Positions 12,591 through 20,325 of a stretch of DNA of 32,000 nt are shown here, piece by piece. Each line of letters begins with the position of its first letter. Positions within the stretch are counted from its first letter, which is position 1. The stretch is taken from positions 1 to 32,000 of the forward strand of contig LDXL01000006.1 in NCBI GenBank assembly GCA_001443365.1. Direction: 5' to 3'. The notes beneath the pieces were generated by a model, which ran no database searches, had not been told where the DNA came from, and saw nothing but the letters and a program-made list of their open reading frames with translations. The position numbers and the translations under genes are program-made. The DNA is from Thaumarchaeota archaeon CSP1-1 (GTDB lineage Archaea > Thermoproteota > Nitrososphaeria > Nitrososphaerales > Nitrosopumilaceae).

Positions 12591-12924
12591 TGTTATAGAA
12601 GGCAGCGAAGGAACAAAAATTCGCCAGATCTTTCATCCACACAATACATTTAGTGGAATCAGGTACAGTATCTCTCATTCAGTAGTGGCATCTGGTAAAA
12701 AATCAAAACTCCATAAAATGAAAACTTCTGAAGTGTATTATGTTTTAGAGGGGGAAGGAATTTTACAAATAGATGATGAAACCTTCAATGTATCAAAAGA
12801 TCAAGCAATCTACATTCCACCTCATTCAAAGCAACGTATTGAAAATACAGGGAAAGACGAATTGAAGTTTCTATGCATAGTGGATCCAGCCTGGATGCAT
12901 GAAGATGAAGAAATTTTAGAGTAA
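12556..12924 (+). CDS. Cupin-domain protein (cupin_2 / type II PMI-like)
   Basis: SEVYYVLEGEGILQIDDETFNVSKDQAIYIPPHSKQRIENTG is a classic cupin two-motif core. ATG 12556 overlaps the TPR gene 3' end by 35 nt; the ORF track starts at TTG 12541. Confidence 0.75.
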   Translation: MMKDLRKLQDIDVIEGSEGTKIRQIFHPHNTFSGIRYSISHSVVASGKKSKLHKMKTSEVYYVLEGEGILQIDDETFNVSKDQAIYIPPHSKQRIENTGKDELKFLCIVDPAWMHEDEEILE

Positions 12925-13037
12925 TCACTAATAATAAAATCAAAAATGTCTAATTTACCTTTGATTTTACCCAGATTTCTATTTTTATCTAATCAAAATG
13001 TGGAATTTTATTTAAAATATTAACTCAAAGTATGAGA

Positions 13038-13529
13038 TTAGGATTGTTGAGCAAGAAGATTTTCCCATTCGTCTTCATCACTTACTTCATCCAGTAAAAC
13101 AGTCTTGAATAATTCGTATGAAACATAGTCTTTATCCTTGTATTTATCAGCCATTTTATTGTAAAAGTCTACTGCACATCTTTCTGCATCAATGACATCT
13201 TGAATTACTTGTTTTAAGTTGCTTTGGTCTTTTGGAGGTGCTTTATATCCACATCCTCCAACACTAGCTAGTTTTGCAAAATCCATTTCAGGCACACCCC
13301 CTAATTCTATAATTCTGTTAGCAAATCTTTCTGCATGCATCAATTCATCTGCAGATTGTGTGGTTAACCGTGAACTTACTGCATCAGCATTAATTCCACT
13401 TACCCAGTGAGCTGCAAGCCAGTATTGAAAGTGTGCACACCATTCATCAGCATATGCCTTATTGAGATCAGATATGACTACGTTAACATCTATTTTAGCT
13501 TGAACGATTTCTCTTCCTTTTTTACCCAT
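13038..13529 (-). CDS. Dps-like (DPSL) ferritin-superfamily protein
   Basis: Four-helix-bundle di-iron pattern (YADEW.AHFQYW, ADELMHAERFANRI, DAERCAVDFY) and size of about 160 aa. A TATA-like TTTTTTATAA sits on the minus strand at 13551-13560, 22-31 nt upstream of the ATG. Confidence 0.75.
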   Translation of the reverse strand: MGKKGREIVQAKIDVNVVISDLNKAYADEWCAHFQYWLAAHWVSGINADAVSSRLTTQSADELMHAERFANRIIELGGVPEMDFAKLASVGGCGYKAPPKDQSNLKQVIQDVIDAERCAVDFYNKMADKYKDKDYVSYELFKTVLLDEVSDEDEWENLLAQQS

Positions 13530-13717
13530 TTTTCTGAGGGTGTAAATCTCTTATAAAAAACATATAGTTGAATCTTAGTTTTGGTGATAATTATTTTGAT
13601 TTATCAATGGTCTGAATAACCTGTCTCAGTTTCTTTACCCACCTCTAGAAGATTGTATTTTTCAGAATAAAATGAGTAAGGCTATAATGCGTCCAAATGC
13701 ACTAATTTTTTCGAAAA

Positions 13718-14242
13718 TTATGGTTGAAAACTAAGTGTTACAGTATCTTCTGTAGTGGTCGTGGTACAGGGTTTATCTATGGTAGATCTGATCAGAGATT
13801 CCAAAAAATGTTTGAGATACAAAGAACCTTTTTCTTTAAGATCATGATGTATACTAACTGAAACTTTTCCTTCAGTTTTTTCCATGTCACATCTACCATA
13901 ACCACAAAACTCAAAGTACATCTTAACAAATTCATGAACTACAGATGAATTCAGCTTCTTCCATTTAAATAAAATAAACTCCTTTGCCTCTTGACTTCCA
14001 CCTCTAATTGCAAGATCCACTAAATCTTTTTCTGGAATAACTGAGAGTATTCTTCTAAAGGTATCAGTACTCATTTTTAGGGTACCAAATTTTTTTGTAA
14101 AAACCTCACACTCTACATAATCACTAAATATCTGATTTGCAAGGGTATTCAGGCTAATCCTGTTTTCTTCAGCTAACTTACGTAACCCCCTTTCAGATTT
14201 TTCATCAATTCTAAAAGTAATACTGGATGATTTTTTACTCAT
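13718..14242 (-). CDS. Ribbon-helix-helix (CopG/Arc-like) domain protein with uncharacterised C-terminal domain
   Basis: The N-terminus ITFRIDEKSERGLRKLAEENRISLNTLANQIFSDYV fits the beta-alpha-alpha RHH pattern. The remaining ~120 aa are unknown. Confidence 0.6.
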   Translation of the reverse strand: MSKKSSSITFRIDEKSERGLRKLAEENRISLNTLANQIFSDYVECEVFTKKFGTLKMSTDTFRRILSVIPEKDLVDLAIRGGSQEAKEFILFKWKKLNSSVVHEFVKMYFEFCGYGRCDMEKTEGKVSVSIHHDLKEKGSLYLKHFLESLIRSTIDKPCTTTTTEDTVTLSFQP

Positions 14243-14289
14243 TATCCCAGAAATTCATTAAGTTAACCATTTAATCAGTTTACCTGCAA

Positions 14290-14670
14290 ATGAGTGCAAA
14301 GTATTCATCTTCATTATATTCTACATTTACTCACTTATTGCGAGAAAAAATGCAAAAAATAACTCAAATAGAAAAGAAAGCTCCAGTACTAAAGTTTGTA
14401 CTGATTCTGGCTGCTGCAACTTCAGTTATACTAGTTCTCACATTAGCGCCATGGAACTTTGTTCCAACTCTTGTAACTGAAGACGTATCTGTCATCGCTG
14501 TGACAGACTATGGTTGTGTTGCAGAGTCAGTAACTGGATATTCAGTAGTTGTCTCTGATTGCAACGCCAAACCAGGCGATGTAATTTCTGCAACATTTTA
14601 CGTTCCAGCCAGGGAGCTAAATGGATACTATGATAGAGTTCAGGAAAAATTAGCAATGGTTAATCCTTAA
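14290..14670 (+). CDS. Small single-pass membrane protein, C-x14-C family, paralog 1
   Basis: One TM helix (VLKFVLILAAATSVILVLTL), then VIAVTDYGCVAESVTGYSVVVSDCNAKPGDVISA...AMVNP. Paralogous to 14831-15142 and 17461-17751. Possible start at 14350. Confidence 0.65.
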   Translation: MSAKYSSSLYSTFTHLLREKMQKITQIEKKAPVLKFVLILAAATSVILVLTLAPWNFVPTLVTEDVSVIAVTDYGCVAESVTGYSVVVSDCNAKPGDVISATFYVPARELNGYYDRVQEKLAMVNP

Positions 14671-14830
14671 ACTCTATCTTTTTTAATTTACATAGAATCA
14701 AAAATAGAACTTTATTGTTCCCAAACCTTTCGAGTTTAGAAATCTTATTTTCAAAATTGAAAATCATGCACTTACTTTATTTCTTTAATTCACAAATTGC
14801 TATTATGAAAGAAGATGGAGCCTGAGTAAT

Positions 14831-15142
14831 ATGGGAGCAATACCTGAAAAAACAACACCAAGCAAAAAACCGACATCAAGTAAAAAACCAATGATAATGA
14901 TAGCAGGAATTATTGGCGGAATAGCCCTTCTAGGCTTGACTTACATGACTATACATGTCTCACCTGATGTAAGAGAAGAAATGGTAAAAGTAATTTCGAT
15001 AACCGAGTCTGGATGTATAGCAGAAACCATGGATGGATTTGCTGTAAATATTGGCAAGTGTAATGCACAGCCTGGTGACCTCATCATGGCACAAGTAGAT
15101 CAAAAAGTCAAACAACGTGCCAAGGCAATGAATCCGACATAA
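14831..15142 (+). CDS. Small single-pass membrane protein, C-x14-C family, paralog 2
   Basis: TM helix MIMIAGIIGGIALLGLTYM, then VISITESGCIAETMDGFAVNIGKCNAQPGDLIMA...AMNPT. Confidence 0.65.
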   Translation: MGAIPEKTTPSKKPTSSKKPMIMIAGIIGGIALLGLTYMTIHVSPDVREEMVKVISITESGCIAETMDGFAVNIGKCNAQPGDLIMAQVDQKVKQRAKAMNPT

Positions 15143-15158
15143 ACTAATTTTTTTTCTA

Positions 15159-15632
15159 TTAATTATCTAAAACTATGAGCTGACCTCTCATAGTAGGTTG
15201 ATGATATGTACAAAGGTAATCAAAAATTCCACTTTCTGTTGCAGTAAAAACTATGGAAGCTTCTTCACCTGCATTGATATCGTGATTAATATCATAAGGG
15301 GAAGTAATTGTAAAAGTATGATGTTCCTGAGTTTCAACTGGTTCTAGATTATAAAAGTGAATTTTTACATTATCGCCTTTATTTACAACAATAGAATCAT
15401 GCGAGAATTGGTCAGGGGGGATACTATATTTATCCTCATCAATATGTTCATCAACTTGAGTAAACAACCACATTTCTCTGGTTTGTGGAACATATCGTTC
15501 GTCATCATCATCGTTCTCATCTAAAGTTGCAATGTTAGTGAGAGAGTATGAGGCAACAAAGATTGCTACTAAAGCTATTGCGATTGCAGCAACACTGATG
15601 CCCATTAGTTTTGAATTACCACTTGCACTCAA
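15159..15632 (-). CDS. Membrane-anchored blue-copper (cupredoxin) protein
   Basis: N-terminal anchor GISVAAIAIALVAIFVASY and type-1 Cu ligands H (EHHTFTI) ... C-x2-H-x3-M (YLCTYHQPTMRG). The start is TTG 15632 (TATA-like element about 28 nt upstream) or ATG 15605. Confidence 0.85.
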   Translation of the reverse strand: MSASGNSKLMGISVAAIAIALVAIFVASYSLTNIATLDENDDDDERYVPQTREMWLFTQVDEHIDEDKYSIPPDQFSHDSIVVNKGDNVKIHFYNLEPVETQEHHTFTITSPYDINHDINAGEEASIVFTATESGIFDYLCTYHQPTMRGQLIVLDN

Positions 15633-15750
15633 TAAGCATACAAAATAAAATCAGCTATAAAAAATACTAGTTGATTATCGATTTTGATTCCATGTATTTG
15701 AACCATTAGTTGATAATTAAACAAAAATCTGCTGGAAAACTGCACTAGCA

Positions 15751-16149
15751 TCAAATGATAATTGGTCTAGTTTTCAAATTATTTTCTTTTTCTTTGTTTA
15801 TTGTATGTAATGCACCAATGAGTGCATCTATCTCGTAGGGTTTGCTGACAATTGCTGAAGCGCCTAGCTTAGTTAGTTTTTCTTTTTCATCTTGATCAAT
15901 GGAAGCTGATACAATTATTACTTTGGCTTTGGGATCAAATTCAAGAATTTTCCTTAATCCATAAAAGCCATCGTAAAATGGCATTAACATATCTAACAGT
16001 ACAAAATCAGGTTTGAGTTTTTTGTACAATTGAACTGCCTCTAACCCGTTGTAGCCTTTTTCTAAAACATCGATTCCTTTTATCCTAAGACATTCGGCTA
16101 GAACCTCTGCTCCATCGTGGTCATCCTCAATTACTACTACTCTAATCAT
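15751..16149 (-). CDS. Stand-alone response-regulator receiver (CheY-like) domain
   Basis: MIRVVVIEDD (acidic pocket), FVLLDMLMP (phospho-acceptor Asp), IIVSAS, VSKP (conserved Lys). A TATA-like AAAATTAT lies 23-30 nt upstream of ATG 16149; the ORF track extends to 16173. Confidence 0.85.
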   Translation of the reverse strand: MIRVVVIEDDHDGAEVLAECLRIKGIDVLEKGYNGLEAVQLYKKLKPDFVLLDMLMPFYDGFYGLRKILEFDPKAKVIIVSASIDQDEKEKLTKLGASAIVSKPYEIDALIGALHTINKEKENNLKTRPIII

Positions 16150-16311
16150 GCCTATTCTTAGGTAAAGGATCATAATTTTGTCTGTGTGTATTAGATGAAC
16201 AGTCTTCTTGTGTCAGCTAAAGGAATTTAGCTAAATTGAAATTTTCGCTTATAATGCAATGTAAATTGCAACAAATTATTTTTAACATAGGAAGAGTATT
16301 CAAAATATAGA

Positions 16312-17010
16312 GTGAACGATTACCAAGCATATCAGACTCTTAAACTAGATTCTAACGCATCGTTTGATGACGTAAAATATGCCTATAGGAAATTGGCCTT
16401 GGAGCTTCATCCCGATAAAAATTCTGATGAACAAGATGGCAATAAATTCAAGTCAGTTACAGCAGCTTATCACATTTTAAAAAATAATCATAAAAAAATA
16501 AATTCTAATGGAACAGATTCTGCAAAAGGAAGCTATACAAATAATCATACAAAAACTGAACAAACCTTTAGAAAGAAAAAACCAGAATGGGGAGCAGGTC
16601 CAAAAGGAAAAACACCTGAGGAAGATTGGAGCAGGTATACAAAAGAGTTTGAAGAGGAAAATCCTGATTTTTGGAAAAGATATGAAGAAGAGTTTTGGAA
16701 AAATTATGATGCCAGAGTAAATAATGACAGGGGGTTTGGGAAACAAAGTGAAAGAGCAAAGAAATCTGAACCAAAAATAAATCTCTCAGTTGAAGTAGAC
16801 CCAACCTTGTGTATTGGTTGTTGTAGCTGCGAAACCATAGCCCCAGATGTTTTTGTCGTAGACAAATTAACAAAGATGAATCCAAAATCCAGAGTTTATA
16901 ATGAAAGAGGAGCAGGGTACAATAAAATTATGAGTGCAGCTGAAACATGTCCTACAAAGGCAATTAATGTAAGTGATAAAGATTTGAAAAAAAGAATCTA
17001 TCCCTGGTAG
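16312..17010 (+). CDS. J-domain protein fused to a C-terminal [4Fe-4S]/[3Fe-4S]-type ferredoxin domain
   Basis: J-domain DYQAYQTLKLDSNASFDDVKYAYRKLALELHPDKN (HPD motif), a Lys/Glu-rich linker, then VDPTLCIGCCSCETIAPDVF...AAETCPTKAI (C-x2-C-x2-C ... CP). GTG start. Confidence 0.8.
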   Translation: MNDYQAYQTLKLDSNASFDDVKYAYRKLALELHPDKNSDEQDGNKFKSVTAAYHILKNNHKKINSNGTDSAKGSYTNNHTKTEQTFRKKKPEWGAGPKGKTPEEDWSRYTKEFEEENPDFWKRYEEEFWKNYDARVNNDRGFGKQSERAKKSEPKINLSVEVDPTLCIGCCSCETIAPDVFVVDKLTKMNPKSRVYNERGAGYNKIMSAAETCPTKAINVSDKDLKKRIYPW

Positions 17011-17421
17011 TCAGGATTCCTTTAATTTATCATACAATTCGCTGATTTCGCTATCAGATAATTTTGGGGCATTATGAAACATGCTATGAACTGGACCTGC
17101 GGAATCTTTTGAGCTTCTTGGGATTAGATGAACATGGACGTGTGGGATTTCCTGTCCACTTGCCTTACCATTGTGAATGGCTAACAGAGTCGCATTAGTA
17201 ATCTTGTCAACTTTGGCAATAGTCTTGCGAACTGTTTCAAATAAATCGGCATTGTCTTCTGAAGAAATATCTTGTACTTTTTCATAATGGGTCTTTGGAA
17301 TCACTAGGGAGTGGCCTTTTGTCAGTGGAAATGCATCCATAAAGGCTAGAGATTTTTCTGTTTCTGCAATAATTTTAGCTGGAATTTCTTTTTTAATGAT
17401 TTTACAAAAGATACAATCCAT
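17011..17421 (-). CDS. HIT (histidine triad) family nucleotide hydrolase/transferase
   Basis: MDCIFCKII..., DAFPLTKGHSLVIPK, and the histidine triad HVHVHLIP. Confidence 0.9.
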   Translation of the reverse strand: MDCIFCKIIKKEIPAKIIAETEKSLAFMDAFPLTKGHSLVIPKTHYEKVQDISSEDNADLFETVRKTIAKVDKITNATLLAIHNGKASGQEIPHVHVHLIPRSSKDSAGPVHSMFHNAPKLSDSEISELYDKLKES

Positions 17422-17460
17422 TAGTTTTGTAAATTAGTGTGGTTCTATTAAAGTAATAAT

Positions 17461-17751
17461 TTATGGATTGACAATTGAAGCCCATGCAAGACCTTTACCA
17501 AACTTTAGCATAACAGTTGTGCCTGGTTCAAGATCACAGTTTTCTATAGTTTTTGGAATTTGGTCAGAGGTGTTTGCATAGCATGTACCGTCAGAGTTTG
17601 AGAGAATTTTAGATTCCTCAAAAACGTCTTCTCTTATCAAATTCCAGAAGGGAAAAACTACTGTAGATAATACTATTCCTGCAAGAACAAAGGCTCCACC
17701 AAATATGGCACCATATTTTTGAGAGTCGGTGAGCTCCATTTGTTTTACCAC
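17461..17751 (-). CDS. Small single-pass membrane protein, C-x14-C family, paralog 3
   Basis: TM helix AIFGGAFVLAGIVLSTVVF, then DGTCYANTSDQIPKTIENCDLEPGTTVML...ASIVNP. The likely start is ATG 17739, 5 nt after the stop of the upstream C2H2 ORF. Confidence 0.6.
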   Translation of the reverse strand: MVKQMELTDSQKYGAIFGGAFVLAGIVLSTVVFPFWNLIREDVFEESKILSNSDGTCYANTSDQIPKTIENCDLEPGTTVMLKFGKGLAWASIVNP

Positions 17752-17915
17752 ATTCCGCCTTCAGAAGTTCCACCCTTTGCGTCGAGTTTTTTTTCGGGTA
17801 CATTACCATGTGCTTTTTTTAGATGGCGCTTAAGGCGTTCTGGGTCATGTAGTTCTAAACCACATACTTTACATTTTGTAGTATTCTTATCTCCCTTTTT
17901 TTTGAACAGGCCCAA
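17745..17915 (-). CDS. Small C2H2 zinc-finger protein (56 aa), not in the ORF track
   Basis: The minus-strand ORF (TTG start) gives GLFKKKGDKNTTKCKVCGLELHDPERLKRHLKKAHGNVPEKKLDAKGGTSEGGMW, matching C-x2-C-x3-L-x5-L-x2-H-x4-H. The competing plus-strand 17719-17925 ORF has no motif. Confidence 0.5.
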   Translation of the reverse strand: MGLFKKKGDKNTTKCKVCGLELHDPERLKRHLKKAHGNVPEKKLDAKGGTSEGGMW

Positions 17916-17971
17916 TATGGAGTAAGAAATTTAGATATACATTATAAAGGATACTGACAGATTCAAGATTT

Positions 17972-19111
17972 GTGGCAATAAAAAACATTACCGTTTTAGG
18001 TTCCGGAATTATGGGTCATGGCATTGCCCAAGTTTCTGCAATGTCTGGATACAATGTAGTTCTTCGAGATATCGAACAACAGTTTTTGGATAAAGCCATG
18101 GGAAAAATAAAGTGGAGTCTTGATAAACTTGTTTCAAAAGAAAAAATTTCGCAGAGTCAAGCTGATGATATTTTTTCTAGAATAAGACCCATTGTTGATT
18201 TAAAAGAGGCAGTCAAAGATTGCGATTTGGTAATAGAAGCAGTTCCAGAGATTATGGATTTGAAAAAAAAAGTATATGCTGAACTAGATAAAGTTGCAGG
18301 AAAAAATGTAGTTTTTGCCTCAAATACTAGTACACTTCCAATTACAGAGATTGCAAATACCACTAGCAGGCCAGAAAGATTCATTGGAATTCATTTTTTC
18401 AATCCACCACAATTAATGAAGCTAGTTGAGATAATTCCCGGCCAAAAAACTGCTAAAGAAGTTGTCAAACTTACAAATGATTATGTAAAATCCGTCCAAA
18501 AGGAGCCGGTTGTATGTAGAAAGGATGTTCCAGGATTCATTGTAAATAGATTATTCATACCACTAGTTCACGAGGCATGTTACGTTATGGATAGACAGAA
18601 AATTAAATTAACAGAAATTGACTCTGCTGTAAAGTTTAAGCTGGGATTTCCAATGGGAATATTTGAGCTAGCAGACTTTACAGGAATGGATGTGATCCAC
18701 AAGGCAACAATAGAAATGCATCTAAGAGACAAAAAGGTAATTAGACCACATCCTAAAATTGAACAACTGTACAACGAAAAAAAGCTAGGACAAAAGACTG
18801 GCGAAGGTTTTTACAAATACTCTGATGAAAAATATGAACGCATCTCACTATCTGAAGAACTTGCAAAAAATTGTAATCCAATTCAGATACTTGCAAACAT
18901 TCTAAACAATGCAGCTTGGTTAGTTACTAAAGAAGCAAGTGATATACAAGAGATTGAAAATGCAGCAAGACTTGGACTTGGGTTAAAAAAACCACTTTTT
19001 GAAACAGCAAAAGAATATGGAATGTCAAATATTGTAAAAGAGTTAGAACAGCTTGCACAAAAACATGGTCAATTTTATGAACCAGATCCCTTGCTTGTTT
19101 CTATGCAGTGA
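17972..19111 (+). CDS. hbd: 3-hydroxyacyl-CoA (3-hydroxybutyryl-CoA) dehydrogenase, NAD-dependent
   Basis: ITVLGSGIMGHGIAQ Rossmann motif, FASNTSTLPI, HFFNPP, EIIPG, VPGFIVNR. There is an extra ~90-aa C-terminal extension, as in the thaumarchaeal HP/HB-cycle enzyme. GTG start. Confidence 0.9.
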   Translation: MAIKNITVLGSGIMGHGIAQVSAMSGYNVVLRDIEQQFLDKAMGKIKWSLDKLVSKEKISQSQADDIFSRIRPIVDLKEAVKDCDLVIEAVPEIMDLKKKVYAELDKVAGKNVVFASNTSTLPITEIANTTSRPERFIGIHFFNPPQLMKLVEIIPGQKTAKEVVKLTNDYVKSVQKEPVVCRKDVPGFIVNRLFIPLVHEACYVMDRQKIKLTEIDSAVKFKLGFPMGIFELADFTGMDVIHKATIEMHLRDKKVIRPHPKIEQLYNEKKLGQKTGEGFYKYSDEKYERISLSEELAKNCNPIQILANILNNAAWLVTKEASDIQEIENAARLGLGLKKPLFETAKEYGMSNIVKELEQLAQKHGQFYEPDPLLVSMQ

Positions 19112-19610
19112 TTTGTTCTAGAATATACTTTACAGCTTCTTTAGGTGAATCCACCCCAACAATTTTGACTTTGTTTCTGTGATCCAAATACTGGTCTGCA
19201 TATTTTGTAGCAACATCTCCTGAATTCTTCAAAGCAGCGATTGGTTTTTTGTGCACATATGATGCGCAAACTTCTGTAAGAGTTCCTGAACCTCCACCAA
19301 TTACTATTACACCATCTGCAGAAAGCGCAGTTAGAAAATCTCTGGCATGCCCCATTCCTGTAGGAATTACAATGTCACAATATTCATTTGCAGCAGATGC
19401 TTTATCATATGGAATTATTCCAACTGCCAGTCCTCCTGCATCATGTGCTCCGTGTGATGCAGCCTTCATTACACCGCCAAGGCCTCCTGAGATTAAAATT
19501 GCACCTGACTTTGCGATCTCAGCGCCGGTTTCATATGCAAGTCTTTCATGTTCAGCAGTACAACCCTCCTCATCATGTCCAATTACCAAAATCTGATGCT
19601 TTTTTGCCAT
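19101..19610 (-). CDS. LOG/TIGR00725-like Rossmann protein (lysine-decarboxylase-like family)
   Basis: ILISGGLGGVMKAASHGA and VIVIGGGSGTLTEV (the PGGxGTxxE-like LOG motif). It overlaps the hbd 3' end convergently by 11 nt. Confidence 0.7.
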   Translation of the reverse strand: MAKKHQILVIGHDEEGCTAEHERLAYETGAEIAKSGAILISGGLGGVMKAASHGAHDAGGLAVGIIPYDKASAANEYCDIVIPTGMGHARDFLTALSADGVIVIGGGSGTLTEVCASYVHKKPIAALKNSGDVATKYADQYLDHRNKVKIVGVDSPKEAVKYILEQITA

Positions 19611-19688
19611 GCTAGTATGTTTTGATAGTCCGTATCAAATATCTTTTCAAATCACAAAGGATATTAAATAATAATGTTAAGAGTAATT

Positions 19689-19808
19689 ATGGAAAAACGA
19701 TCAATGCCAATTTGTTTTACAAATGAGGAATACAAGAAGATCGAAGAATTTGCAAAAAAGCATGGAATGCTCAATGCAAGCCAGGCCGTAGAAAAACTTC
19801 TTGACTAA
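19689..19808 (+). CDS. Ribbon-helix-helix-like mini-protein (39 aa), not in the ORF track
   Basis: MEKRSMPICFTNEEYKKIEEFAKKHGMLNASQAVEKLLD fits beta strand - helix - helix (CopG-like). ATATTAAA lies 21-28 nt upstream of the ATG, and a hairpin plus T tract lie just downstream. Confidence 0.45.
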   Translation: MEKRSMPICFTNEEYKKIEEFAKKHGMLNASQAVEKLLD

Positions 19809-19819
19809 TACTTAAGCAG

Positions 19820-19844
19820 TGGCAGTGTTTGCCATTTTCTTTTT
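19820..19844 (+). terminator. Hairpin (TGGCA-gtgtt-TGCCA) followed by a T-rich tract
   Basis: Lies 12 nt after the stop of the RHH-like ORF. The stem of 5 bp is weak; T-rich runs are the usual archaeal termination signal. Confidence 0.3.
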
Positions 19845-19911
19845 GATATAATCAAAACAGTCGTATAGTTTAGGCTGAAATTAAATATGCGAATAAAAAA
19901 TAGTTAAAAGA

Positions 19912-20325
19912 GTGATGAAGTTTCTAAGTCGAGCACCCGTATATTGTAACATTTGCAATAAAGAGCTCAAACATAAACACAGACCAAAAAAGGAATGGAA
20001 TATCGAGGGTTTTCTTTGTGCTGAATGTCACATGGATAAGATGAGAGAGTTTTTCGAAGGAACAATGACACAAAATTGTGTTAAGTGTAGTGTAAAAAAG
20101 AAAATAACAGACTTGTGGGAGCCACGATGGCAGTGGGAAATGGAAGGACTGTTGTGTAAAGATTGTTTTGATAAAAAAGAAAAAGATTTCACTGCAAAAA
20201 AAGAATTTTGCAGTATGTGTGGAGCTAAATTAGGTTTTTTCAGATACAATCCTAAAACAAAGTGGAAGGTAGAAGGTCAACTATGTAGAAAGTGTTGGGA
20301 CTCTCACAAAGAGCATGATAAATAA
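19912..20325 (+). CDS. Protein made of three tandem zinc-ribbon modules
   Basis: Three repeats of C-x2-C-x(11-14)-W-x-[IMV]-EG-x-LC-x2-C: YCNICNK...WNIEGFLCAECH, NCVKCSV...WEMEGLLCKDCF, FCSMCGA...WKVEGQLCRKCW. The start is GTG 19912 or ATG 19915. Confidence 0.7.
   Translation: MMKFLSRAPVYCNICNKELKHKHRPKKEWNIEGFLCAECHMDKMREFFEGTMTQNCVKCSVKKKITDLWEPRWQWEMEGLLCKDCFDKKEKDFTAKKEFCSMCGAKLGFFRYNPKTKWKVEGQLCRKCWDSHKEHDK

Noticed and set aside
16477-16885. ORFs 16477-16746(-), 16508-16720(+) and 16568-16885(-)
   Set aside because: They arise from the purine-rich Lys/Glu linker of the J-domain-ferredoxin gene. Only the 16312-17010 frame joins the two recognisable domains.
17618-17925. Track ORFs 17618-17809(-) and 17719-17925(+)
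   Set aside because: Neither has a motif. The alternative minus-strand frame (17745-17915) encodes a clean C2H2 finger and is coupled to the downstream gene.
19101-19111. 11-nt convergent overlap of hbd and the LOG-like gene, and 29-nt overlap of the hotdog and TauE genes (30184-30212)
   Set aside because: Short 3'-3' overlaps are common in compact archaeal genomes. Nothing here suggests an antisense regulatory function.
19249-19615. Plus-strand ORFs 19249-19596 and 19388-19615
   Set aside because: They are antisense shadows of the Gly/Ala-rich LOG-like gene. The minus-strand frame carries the family motifs.
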